Assembly (NCBI RefSeq): GCF_004010195.1
Contig: NC_057757.1
Span: 9,645,646-9,709,645 of the forward strand
Direction: 5' to 3'
Origin: Chiloscyllium plagiosum
Taxonomy: Eukaryota
DNA: 64,000 nt
The stretch's first letter is position 1, and the number at the start of each line of letters is the position of its first letter. Of this stretch, positions 11,594-23,100 are shown in pieces. The translations under genes and the position numbers were made by a program. The notes under the pieces are model-generated. The model had not been told where the DNA came from. It was given only the letters and a program-made list of their open reading frames with translations, and ran no database searches.

Positions 11594-11885
11594 AGATTAG
11601 ATTATTGACAGCATGGAAACAGGCCCTTCGGCCCAACAAGCCCACACCGACGCGCAACCCACCCAGAACCATTCCCCTACATTTACCCCTTCACCTAACA
11701 CTACAGGCAGTTTAGCATGGCCAATTCACCTAACCTGCACATCTTTGGATTGTTGGAGGAAACCCATGCAGACACGGGGAGAATGTGCAAACTCCACACA
11801 ATCAGTCACCTGAGGCGGGAACCGAACATGGGTCTCTGATGCTGTGAGGCAGCAGTGCTAACCATTGTGCCACCTTGCTGCCCAC
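11594..11885 (-). mobile_element. HE1-type V-SINE
   Basis: Reverse-complement homology to 1487. Confidence 0.88.
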
Positions 11886-12829
11886 ATTTAAAAAGAAACA
11901 AGATTCAAGGTTTTGGGGGTGAGGGTAAGGCAGAAGAACAGCAGTAAATGACTCAGCCCAAGAGTTGGTGTCACAAAGATGGGTTTAGTGCCTCCTTCTG
12001 CATCACAACAAATCTGTGAATTGGTTTCAAGGTGTCAATTAACCATGACCTGCTGGAAGAACGGAGCAGAATTGAGGGGCTGAATTGTGACTCCGACACT
12101 TACGGAGCTTATTCAGGGTGGAGGAGAGGATGCTGGTGAGGAGAATCTTCTTTAGAGCAACAAACGTGGGACAATGGTTTCAGCACTGGTGGCCATGAAG
12201 TAAAAGTAGTACCAGCCTCTGTTGAGGCATCTTTCACTGTGTGGGACCACTGGCCCACCTTGAAACAAAGCTGATTTGATGATACCATTCCTTTTGAGCT
12301 CAGGTCATTAACTTATTGTCGGCTTCACCCTGAGCCAATTCTCTTGGCCGTTCACCATTGTCTTCCACTCTCAGGGGGAAGGCTGAGGGGGCAGGTCCCA
12401 ATATCAGATATTGGCCAAATGCTGTTGGCACTGCTCTGTTCCGTACACTAGCAATTTGGCAACTGAGTAAACTGGTGTGTCGGTGTGATGAGCATGCTCC
12501 TTTAATCTGTATTTCAGTTCTTTCTGCAATGCAGTCTGCTCAACAAAAGGTTGAAAGAAGCCTTTCAGCTTAAGAGTCTCAAATCTTTCAAAGCTTGCTT
12601 GAAGACTCATTTATGAAGGGTGATTGATATACATTATGTCAGAAAATTCTCAGCATTGAATGAAATATTAGGGCTCGTACCAGCACTTTTCACATTTCAG
12701 AAGAACATAGCACTCAAATAGTTTATCTGATTTCAGTTTTCACTTTGCCATTTCCAACTCAATGACCTTGTCCTCCTGTACCATTGAAAATGGGAATAGG
12801 TTTCTGATCTAACCCTCATCTTTATTCTT

Positions 12830-13150
12830 TCATCAGATGTGCCAGGATTTGTTGCTCATCCCCAACTGCCTTTGAACTGAGCAGTCACTATGTCAGTTCA
12901 ATGAGAAGTTAAGAGTCAAGCATATTGTTGTGGCTCTGGTGTTACATGTAGGCCAGGATGGTAGGTTTCCCTCTAGAAACAACATGAGTGAACTGATAGA
13001 GCATTTTTTTAAAGCAGTCACCATTACTGAGGTTATCTTAATATTCCAAATTTATTAACCAAATTCAAATTAAACCCACAGCTATTGTGGGATTTGAACC
13101 CATGGCTAAGTAAAATCGAGGTTTCTGGATGACTAGTAATTACCATCAGG
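12830..13150 (-). mobile_element. tRNA-derived SINE (second family), decayed
   Basis: ttaagagtcaagcatattg...catgtaggccagg; gggatttgaacccatg B-box region. Confidence 0.6.
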
Positions 13151-13459
13151 CCCCATCTTCCCAAACTCTTGTCACTAATTGAGAGCGGTGTCTGGTTCTG
13201 GTGATCATGACATGGTGCAGGTGACCGAACTCTGTATTCAGAGGAGAGAAACCCCATAAGATTCATCCCTTTTACCAGGAGCCTCAGTTATGGAGAAAGA
13301 CTAGAGAGATACCTGGAAATAATGTTCATGGCAATAACAGAGGTAAGGGAAAGGGCAGGAGGTTTCCTGATGATGTGAGGAGAAACCTTTTCACTCAGAG
13401 GGTGGTGGGAATCCAGAACTCACTGCCACTAAGGCAGAAACCTTCAAAACAATTGATCA

Positions 13460-14230
13460 GTTGGGTCAATGGGCTAAGGCATGGCTGATGAAGTTCAATT
13501 TGATAAATGTGAGGTAATGTATTTTGGTAAAACAACAAAAGGCAGGACTTTGAATTAAAAGTAGAGCCTTGGGTATAAAAGAGAGAGGTACGGGTTTAGG
13601 TACACAATTCTTTGAAGATTGTGTCACATGTAGACAGGTTAAGAAGGCATTTAGTACGCTAACCTTCATTAGTCAGACTTTTGGGTATAGGAGTTGTGAT
13701 GTCATGTTGAGGTTATACAGGAGGTTGCTGAGGCCTCTTCTGGAGTACTGCGTCTAGTTCTGCTCACCCTGTTGTAGGAAGGATATTATTAAGCTGTAGA
13801 GAGTTCAGCAGAGATTTACCAGGATGTTGCCGGAATGGAGCATTTGAGTTATAAGGAGAGGCTGGATAAGTTGGGACTTTTTTCATTGGCGTGTATGTGG
13901 TTGAGGGGTGACCTTACAGAGGTTTATAAAATCATGAGGGGTATGGATAAGGTGAGTGGCAGATATCTTTTCCCTTGGGTCAGAGATTTCAAGACTAGGA
14001 GGAATATTTCTAAGGTGAGAGGAGAAAGATTTAAATAAGACATGAGGGCAATATTTTGGAGTGGTTTGTGTGTGGAATGAACTTCCAGAGGCACAGTTAC
14101 AATGTTTGAAGACGCTTGGATAAGTAAATGAGTGGAAAATGTTTGGAGGGATATGGGCCTGGAGCAGGCAAGTGGGACTCGTTTAGTTTGGGATTATGTT
14201 CAGCATGGACTGGTTGGATCTGTGACACTA
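13460..14230 (+). mobile_element. CR1 LINE 3' fragment
   Basis: KKAFSTLTFISQTFGYRS...RPLLEYCV and LRGDLTEVYKIMRG motifs, with stops and frameshifts. Confidence 0.9.
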
Positions 14231-14984
14231 TAAGTATTTAGATATGCACTTATAATGTCAAGGCAGGCAAGACTATGGGCTAAGTATTGAATTGGAATAC
14301 TTAGGTGGCTGATGGGCCAAAGGGCTTTATTCTGGCTGTAGATCTCTCTGACGTTATGTATGAATTGAAGCACGTGGAACTCATATACATCCCTCCATTG
14401 CATAGGCTGCGTGGTAATTATTAACAAAGCTGTCTGGCTGGTTATGAACAAAGACAATTATTTCTCAAACGAAAACATTTTCACAGATTAGAAGTAGATA
14501 ATTCCCAGGAAAACACAAGGAGGTTCCACACACAATAAAAGGAAACAAAGGTCGCTGTTAAATCTGCAAAAAGGTTAACAGGAAAAGGGATCGTGCACAA
14601 CAGCGATAGCCTGAGAAAAAAGAACTTTTCTAACTGCATTAAACACCAGAAACCCAACAGACATGTTATATCATTAAGAGATTCGCAAAGACTGACTTAG
14701 ACGGAATGTTCAATGTACAGTAGAAATAGCAAATGAATATTTTATATTAGCCTTTACTTTTGAAGAAAAAGATCAAATCATGCTGCTAAAATTAAAATTA
14801 TTCACAGTAATAGATGATGAATCTGAAATAAGAAGCTTTCAAGAGATCAGGCAGTCTACCTACATGCTAATACTCATGGGTCCGTCAAGATAGAAGGAAA
14901 GCACTGAGACTATCATTTACCTCAACGGGAACACTGCTCTGAGACCAGAGGATTGGCAGTACCAAGCAGTTGCCACAGGGACAT

Positions 14985-15077
14985 TGTGTGTGTGCACATC
15001 TGTGTCTGTGTGTATGTTCCTATGTGCATGTTTGTGTTTCTGTGTGCATGTCTGTGTGCGAGTGTGCCTGTGTGTAT
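14985..15077 (+). repeat. degenerate (TG)n microsatellite
   Basis: tgtgtgtgtgcacatctgtgtctgtgtg... Confidence 0.8.
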
Positions 15078-16259
15078 GAACCTGAATTGTAGTTCCAGTG
15101 TTCAGGAGGTTGAGAGTAGTGAGGTCAGAAATAAGGTTTCAAGGTCGCAAGAGTTGACCAGCATGCAGGAAGGTGGTTTGAAGTGTGTCTACTTCAACAC
15201 CAGGAGCATCCGGAATAAGGTGGATGAACATCAGCATGGGTTTGTACCTGGGACCTTGATGTTGCAATATTGTGGCCATTTCAGAGACATGGATAGACTG
15301 GGACAGGAATGGTTGTTGCAGATTCTGGGGTTTAGATGTTTCAGTAAGAACAGTGAAGATGGTAAAGGGGTGTGGGGGTGTGGCATTGTTAGGCAAGGAC
15401 ATTATTACGGTGGCCGAAAGGACGTTTGAGGACTCATCTAATTAAGTAGTATTGGCTGAGGTTAGAAACAGAAAAGGAGAAGTCACGCTTGTGGGAGTTT
15501 TCTGGAGGCCTCTGAATTGTTCTAGGGATGTAGCAGAAAGAATAGCAAAGATGGATAGGAGTGAGAGTAACAGGGCAGTTGTTATAGGGGACTTTAATTT
15601 TCCAAATATTGACTAGAAACATGATAGTTCGAGTACTTTATATGTGTCAGTTTTTGTCCAATATGTGCAGAATGGTTTCTTGACATGGTACATAAACAGG
15701 TCAACAAGGGGTGAGGCCACAGTGGATTTGGTACTGGGTAATGAAACCGGCCAGGTGTTAGATTTGGAGGTAGTGATCACAATTCGGTCATGTTCACTTT
15801 AGTGATGGAAAGGGATAGGTATATAATGCAGGGCAAGAGTTATTGCTGGGGGAAAGGCAATTATGATGCGATTAGGCAAGGTTTAGGTTGCATAGGATGG
15901 GGAAGGAAACTGCAGGGGATGGACACAATTAAAATGTGGAGCTTGTTCAAGGAACAGCTACTGCGTATCCTTGATAAGTATGTACCTGTCAGACAGGGAG
16001 GAAGTGGTCAAGTGAGGGAGCCGTGGTTTACTAAAGAAGTTGAATCTCTTGTCAAAAGGAAGAAGAGGCTTATATTAGGATGAGGTATGAAGATTCAGGG
16101 TGCTTGAGAGTTATGTGCTCGCCAGGAAAGACCTAAAGAAAGAGCTAAGAGCCAGGAGGGGACATGAGAAGTATTTGGCAGCTATGATCAAGGAAAACCC
16201 TGAAGTTTTTTACAGGTATATCAGAAATAAAAGAATGATCAGAGTAAGATTAGGGCCAA

Positions 16260-16475
16260 GCGCTGAAAATGTGTTGCTGGAAAAGTGCAGCAGGTCAGGC
16301 AGCATCCAAGGAGCAGGAGAATCGACGTTTCGGGCATAAGCCCTTCTTCAGGAAACGGGCTTATGCCCGAAACGTCGATTCTCCAGCTCCTTGGATGCTG
16401 CCTGACCTGCTGCACTTTTCCAGCAACACATTTTCAGCTCTGATCTCCAGCATCTGCAGTCCTCACTTTCTCCTC
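16260..16475. mobile_element. young palindromic Penelope-like mini-element nested in CR1
   Basis: 82-bp inverted arms 16262-16343 and 16357-16438 (one mismatch); perfect 15-bp TSD taagattagggccaa (16245-16259, 16476-16490). Confidence 0.9.
16319..16354 (-). ncRNA. minimal hammerhead ribozyme motif
   Basis: Minus strand reads ttcCTGAAGA-A-GGGC-ttat-GCCC-GAAAC-GTC-gatt. Confidence 0.6.
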
Positions 16476-19336
16476 TAAGATTAGGGCCAATCAAGGGTAG
16501 TAGTGGGAAGTTGTGTGTGGGGTCTGTGGAAAGTGGAAAGTGTTAAATGAATATTTTTCATCAATATTCAGACTGGAAAAAGACAATGTTGTTGAGGAGA
16601 ATACTGAGATACAGGCTACGAGACAAGACAGGATTGAAGTTCATAAGGAGGAGGTGTTAACAATTCTGGAAAGTGTGAAAATAGATAAGTCTGCTGGGCC
16701 GGATGGGATTTATCCTAGGATTCTCTGGGAAGCCAGGGAGGAGATTGCAGAGCTTTTGGCTTTGATCTTTATTTTGTCATTGTCTACAGGAATAGTACCA
16801 GAAGACCGGAGGATAGCAAATATTGTCCCCTTGTTCAAGAAGGGGAGTAGAGACAACCCTGGTAATTATAGACCAGTGAGCCTTACTTGTGGGTAAACTG
16901 TTAGAAAAGGTTATAAGAGATAGGATTTATAATCGTCTAGAGAGGAATAAGTTGATTAAGGGTAGTCAACACGGTTTTGTGAAGGTAATTCGTGCCTCAC
17001 AAACCTTTTGAGATCTTTGAGAAGGTGACCAAACAGGTGGATGAGGGTAAAGCGGTTGATATGGTGCATATGGATTTCAGTGAGGCTTTTGAAAAGGTTC
17101 CCCATGGTAGCCTATTTCACAAAATACAGAGGCATGGGATTGAGGGCAACTTAGCAGTTTGGATCAGAAATTGGTTTGTTGTCAAACAACAGAGGGTGAT
17201 GGTAAATGGGAAATGGTCATCCTGGAGTTCAGTTATGAAATGATGTGCTGCAAGGATCTGTTTTGGGAGTACTGCTGTTTGCCATTTTTGTAAATAACCT
17301 GGATGAGGGCGTAGAAGGATGGGTAAGTAAATTCACAGATGACATTAAGGTCGGTGGTGTTGTGAATAATGTGGAAGGATGTTGCAGGTTACAGAGGGAC
17401 ATAGGTAACTGCAGAGCTGGCTAAGAGGTGGCAAATGGAGTTTAATGTGGAAAAGTGTGAGGTGATTCACTTTGGAAAGAGCACTAATGAGCACTCTGGG
17501 TAGTGTAGATGAGCAAAGAGGTCTTGCTGTCCATGTACATAGATCTCTGAAAATTACCACTCAGGTTGATAGGGTTGTTAAGAAGGCATATGGTGTGTTA
17601 GCTTTTATTGGTAGAGGGATTGAGTTTCGGAGTCACGAGGTCATGCTGCAGCTGTACAAAACTCTGGTGCGGCTGCACTTGGAGTATTGCATACAGTTCT
17701 GGTCACTGCATTATAAGAAGAAAGTGGAAGCTTTGGAGAGGGTCCAGAAGAGATTTACTGGAATGTTATCTGATATGGAGGGAAGGTTTTATGAGGAAAG
17801 GCTAAGGAACTTGAAGCTGTTTTCATTCGAGAGAAGAAGGTTGAGAGGTGAATTAATTGAAACATATAAGATAATCAGAGGGTTAGATAAGGTGGACAGG
17901 GAGAGCCTTTTTCCTCCGATGGTGATGGTTAGCAAGATAGAACATAACTTTAAATTGAGGGGTGTTAGATTTATGACAGACGTCAGAGATAGTAGCATGG
18001 AACGCACTACCTGTAACAGTAGTAAACTCACCAACCTTAATGACTTTTAAATGGTCATTGGATAGACATGTGGATGAAAATGGAACAGTTTAGAATAGAT
18101 AGACTTGAGATTGGTTCCACAGGGCGGTGCAACATTTGAGGGCCAAAGGGCCTGTACTGCGCTGTAATGTTCTATGTTCTATGAGGTGTCCATTACCAGT
18201 CCTGCTGGGATTTGCTAATGTACAAATGCAGTAGCATTGGCTGGGCAGAATTCCAAACTGATTCCAGAGGTCTCTGCTCCCACCACATGCCCTGGATATT
18301 AAGATCAATTCTATTAATGGTAACAATACATATATATTTTAGTAGGGGCTTATTATTGTGATGCATTGTAATTACTAATATACTTCCAATGATCCAATGA
18401 TCACTGCTGGAATTTGCTGATAGACATCAATGAAGGACAGCATTGGGCTTGGTTATATCCCCAAAACCCCATAGAAAATCCAGTTCCCCCACCCTCCCTG
18501 GAGTCCAGTGCTCTTCCACTGCCCAACACTATCTCTCCCAAGTGTGAAAGTGGACCCTTATGTGAGGTTGTGCAGCTCTTCTCAAACCTTGGCCCAGTAG
18601 CAGATTGAAAAGGAGGGGAAGGGAATGGGCGATGGGAAGGAGAGGTGAAAGGGATGCACTGACCAGCTCATCATGCATCTTGTAACAACCAATCAGGAGA
18701 CGCATGTCCCAAAATCGAGTGGGATGTTGCTGGATGGGTAGATGTAGGATAAGGTCCATGTCGTCATGGAGAGTAAACGTATCAGTTACCAGTTTGATCC
18801 ATCCCATTCCACAGGCAGTTTAAACGATAATCCAGACTCACATCCCAGCCAGCAATTAAAGCCAAGTTTCATTTATTCATTCACAGCCTATTACTTATAC
18901 AGGTGAGATATTACAACATCTGGAGGGGACACTCTATCTTCGAAATGGAGTTCTGTTGGAAGCAGATATAGGAGAAGATGGAGATTGTTGATCAAAGTAC
19001 TTTCATTGAGTGGGGTGATCAGTCAAACTCATGTCATCCTCTGGCCAAAAGCCAGGATTAAATGGTTCTCATATTGATTACCATTCTCCATGGGCTGAAC
19101 CAGAACCACCCTCAGTCTGTACTGAGACAGCTGGTTTTGGAAGTGGGAGAGACGGTTCAGGACATTGGGTAACTGACAATGGCCAGTATTCCCTGATTAA
19201 TCATTTCAGATGTTGGGAACTGTCGAGAAGAGAGAGAGGAACATCGTTTCCAGTTGTGGCATCAGTTTATTGGGCTGCATTTTGGGTGTGGGTGGGGTGG
19301 GAGGGGGGTGTCAGCTGAGGAGGGAATCGTTTAAAA

Positions 19337-19470
19337 AGATTAGATTAGATTAGATTAGATTAGATTAGATNNNNNNNNNNNNNNNNNNNNNNNNNNNNNN
19401 NNNNNNNNNNNNCCGGGTCTCTGGCGCTGTGAGGCAGCAGTGCTAACCACTGTGCCACCGTGCCGCCCAC
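19337..19470 (-). mobile_element. HE1-type V-SINE spanning an assembly gap
   Basis: (agatt)n tail before the gap; SINE head ccactgtgccaccgtgccgccc after it. Confidence 0.85.
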
Positions 19471-19739
19471 AAAAGAATATAGGTGCTTCAGGATTCAGGC
19501 ATTGCTGGCAAAACTGTATCTGTAGCTTGTCCGATGGGATGGAGAGCAGCTGCTGGTGGTTCAGGTTGTACCAGCTCAGCGGGAAGTGAAGGGTCACTCA
19601 TCTTGGTATTTGACTGGAATCACGTCCAGGCCAGACCAGATAAGGAAGGCAGTATCCCTTCCCAGTGCAGCTTATATCCACGAAGGAGATGCCTTCTGTC
19701 TCTGTGATTACACCCTCACCTCACACTCAGTTTTGTTTC

Positions 19740-20130
19740 TGGAACCTGAGGACCATATCTCAGCTGACAGACCTAGTGCAAACATTTATCACAGACAGCA
19801 ACTTCCAAACCCACAACCACATCCATCTAGAAGGTCAAAAGCAGCAGATACGTGGCAGCAGCAACAACACCTCCTGCAAGGACCCCTCCTACAAAAACTC
19901 TTTGTTGACCCACAATGGAATTCTGGGATTTGAACCCATTTTAACAGCAATATATTTCCAAGTTAGGACAAAGAGTTATATTGCTGTTAAAATGGGTTCA
20001 AATCCCAGAATTCCATTGTGGGTCAACAAACACCAATGGACAGCAAAGGTTAAGTCAGCAGTTCACCACCACCCTTTCAAAGGCAATTGGAGAAGGGAAG
20101 CAAATACCAGGCCAGCAACTCATGTCCTTA
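19740..20130 (+). mobile_element. non-CR1 LINE 3' fragment (same family as 29195) containing an inverted duplication
   Basis: QQLPNPQPHPSRRSKAADTW and tail caccaccaccctttcaaaggcaattgg, homologous to the reverse complement of 29195-29780. Confidence 0.65.
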
Positions 20131-20149
20131 TCTTGGAAAATAACTTGTA

Positions 20150-23100
20150 AAACGTAGAGAGCGAGTGCAATGCTGTTGCAGAGACAACCTCAAGGGAGCA
20201 TTGCACTATCAGAGGGCCAATGTCAAGCAAGCACTGCATTGTTGGAGGGGTAGTACTGAGGGAATGGGCACTGTTGGAGGGTCGGTGCTGAGGGACTGCT
20301 GCACTGTCAGAGGGTCTGCACTGAGGGAGTGTCACACTGTTGGAGGGTCAGTGCTGAGGGAGCACCGCACTGTCAGAGGGTCAGTGTAGAGGGAGTGTAG
20401 TACTGCTGGAGGGTCAGTGCTGAGGGAGCACTGCACGATCAGGAGGTCAGTGCTGAGTGAGCACCGCACTGTCAGAGGGTCAGTGCTGAGGGAGCACCGT
20501 ACTGTCAGAGGGTCAGTGCTGAGGGAGTGCTGCACTGTCAGAGGGTCAGTGCTGAGGGATCGCCTCACTGTCAGAGGATCTGTGCTGAGGCAGTGCTGCA
20601 CAGTCAGAGGGTCAATGCAGAGCGAGTGTAGCACAGTGGGAGGGTCAGTGCTGATGGAGCACCGCACCGCCAGAGGGTCAGTGCTGAGGGAGTGCCACAC
20701 AGTCGGAGTGTCAGTACTGAGAGATCACTGCATTTTTGTAGAGACAGTGCTGAGGGAGTGCCGCATTGTCAGATTGTCAGTGCTGAGGGAGCACCTCACT
20801 GTCAGAGGGTCAGTGCTGAGGGAGCGCCTCACTGTCAGAGGATCTGTGCTGAGGGAGTGCTGCACTGTCAGAGGGTCAGTGCTGAGGGATGTGCTGCACT
20901 GTCAGAGGGTCAGTGCTGAGGGAGCGCTGCACTATCAGAGGGTCAGTGCTGAGGGAGCACCATATTGTCAGAGGGTCAGTGCTGAGGGAGTGCTGCACTA
21001 TCAGAGGATCAGTGCTGAGGGAGTGCTGCACTGTCAGAGGGTCAGTGCTGAGGGAGCACCGCGCTGTTGGAGGATCAGTGCTGAGGGAGCACTGCTCTGT
21101 CGGAGGCCCAGTGCTGAGGGAGCACCGCACTGTCAGAGGGTCAGAGCTGTGGGAGCATTGCACTGTCGGAGGAACAGTGCTGAGGGAGCACCTGACTGTC
21201 AGAGGGTCAGTGCTGAGTGAATGCCTCACTGTCAGGGTCAGTGCTGAGGGTGCACCGTACTGTCAGAGGGTCAGTGTTGAGGGAGCGCCTCACTGTCAGA
21301 GGGTCAGTGCTGAGGGAGTGCTGCACTGTCAGACGGTCAGTGCTGAGGGAGTGCCTCACTGTCAGAGGGTCAGTGCTGATGGAGTGCCGCACTGTCGGAG
21401 GGTCAGTGTTGAGGGAGTGCTGCATTGTCAGAGGCTCAGTGCTGAGGGAATGCTGCGTTGTCAGAGGGTCAGTACTGATGGAGTGCTGCACTGTCAGAGG
21501 GTCAGTGCTGAGGGAGTGTTGCACTGTCAGAGGGTCAGTGTTGAGGGAATGCTGTACTGTCAAAGGGTCAGTCCTGAGGGAGCACTGTACTGTAAGAGGG
21601 TCAGTGCTGAATGGTCAGAGGGTCCGTGCTGAAGAAGTGTCGCACTGTCAGAAGGTCAGTGCTGAGGGAGTGTTGCAATGTTGGAGGGTCAGTGCTGAGG
21701 GAGTGCCGCACTGTGAGAGGGTCAGTGCTGAGGAAGCGCCGCACTGTGAGAGGGTCAGTGCTGAGGGAGTGCTGCACTGTCAGAGGGTCAGGGCTGAGGG
21801 AGTGCCGCACAGTCAGAGGGTCAGTGCTGAGGGATCACTGTACTGTCAGAGGGTCAGTGCTGAGACAGTGCTGCACTGTCAGAGGGTCAGTGCTGAGGGA
21901 GCAACTCACAGTTACAGGGCCAGTCCTGAGGGAGCACTGTACTGTCAGAGGATCAGTGCTGAGGGAGTGCTGCACTGTCAGAGGGTCAGTGCTGAGGGAG
22001 TATTGCAATGTCAGAGGGTCAGGGGTGAGGGAGTGCTGCACTGTCAGAGGGTCAGTGCTGAGGGAGTGCTGCACTGTCAGAGGGTCAGTGCTGAGGGAGT
22101 GCCTCACTGTTGAAGGGTCAGTGCTGAGGGAGCGCTGCACTGTCAGAGGGTCAGTGCTGAGGGAGACTGTACTGTCAGAGGGTCAGTGTTGAGGGAGCGC
22201 CTCACTGTCAGAGGGTCAGTGGTGAGGGAGCACTGTACTATCAGAGGGTCAGTGCTGAGGGAGTGCTGCACTGTCAGAGGGTCAGTACTGAGGGAGCGCC
22301 TCACTGTTAGAGGGTCAGTGCTGAGCGTGCACCTCACTAACAGAGGGTCAGTGCTGAGGGAATGTCGCAGTGTTGGAGGGTCAGTGTTGAGGGAGCACCG
22401 CACTCTCGGAGGTTCAAAGCTGTGTGGGCGTCGCACTGTCGGATGGTCAGAGCTGTGGGGGCGCCGCACTGTTGGAGGGTCAATGCTGAGGGACTGCCGC
22501 ACTGTCAGAGGGTCAGTGTTAAGGGAGTGCCGCACTAACAAAGGGTCAGTGCTGAAGGAGCATCGCACTGTCAGATGGTCACTGCTGACGGAGTGCCACA
22601 CTGTCGGATGGTCAGCGCCGGGGCAGTGCTTCACTGTCCGAGGGTCAGTGCTGAGGGAAGTCACACTGTCAGAGGGTTAGTGCTGAGGAGAGTGACACTG
22701 TCGGAGGGTCAGTACTGAGGGAGTGCTGTACTGTCAGACAGTCAGTGCTGAGGGAGTGCTGCATTGTGAGAGGGTCAGTGCTGAGGTAGCATCTCACTGT
22801 CGAAGGGTCAGTGCTGAAGGAGTGCTGCACTGTTAGAGGGTCAGTGCTGAGGGAGTGTTTCAATGTCAGAGGGTCAGTGCTGAGGGAGTGCCTCACTGTC
22901 GAAGGGTCAGTGCTGAGGGAGTGCTACACTGTCAGAGGGTCAGTGCTGCGGGAGTGTTGCAATGTCAGAGGGTCAGTGCTGAGGGAGTGCTGCACTGTCG
23001 GAGGGTCAGTGCTGAGGGAGACTGTACTGTCAGAGCATCAGTGCTGAGGGAGTGCCTCACTGTCAGAGGGTCAGTGGTGAGGGAGCACTGTACTATCAGA

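Larger units (their letters stand above)
15080..18183 (+). mobile_element. long decayed CR1/HER1 LINE (endonuclease plus RT ORF2, disrupted)
   Basis: LKCVYFNTRSIRNK (APE start), VIGDFNFP, KSAGPDGIYPRIL, GNYRPVSLT, MDFSEAFEKVPH, LEYCIQFW; 3' tail gttctatgttctatg; many stops and frameshifts. Confidence 0.95.

Noticed and set aside
15080..18183. Active or autonomous LINE
   Set aside because: Numerous stops and frameshifts plus a nested insertion
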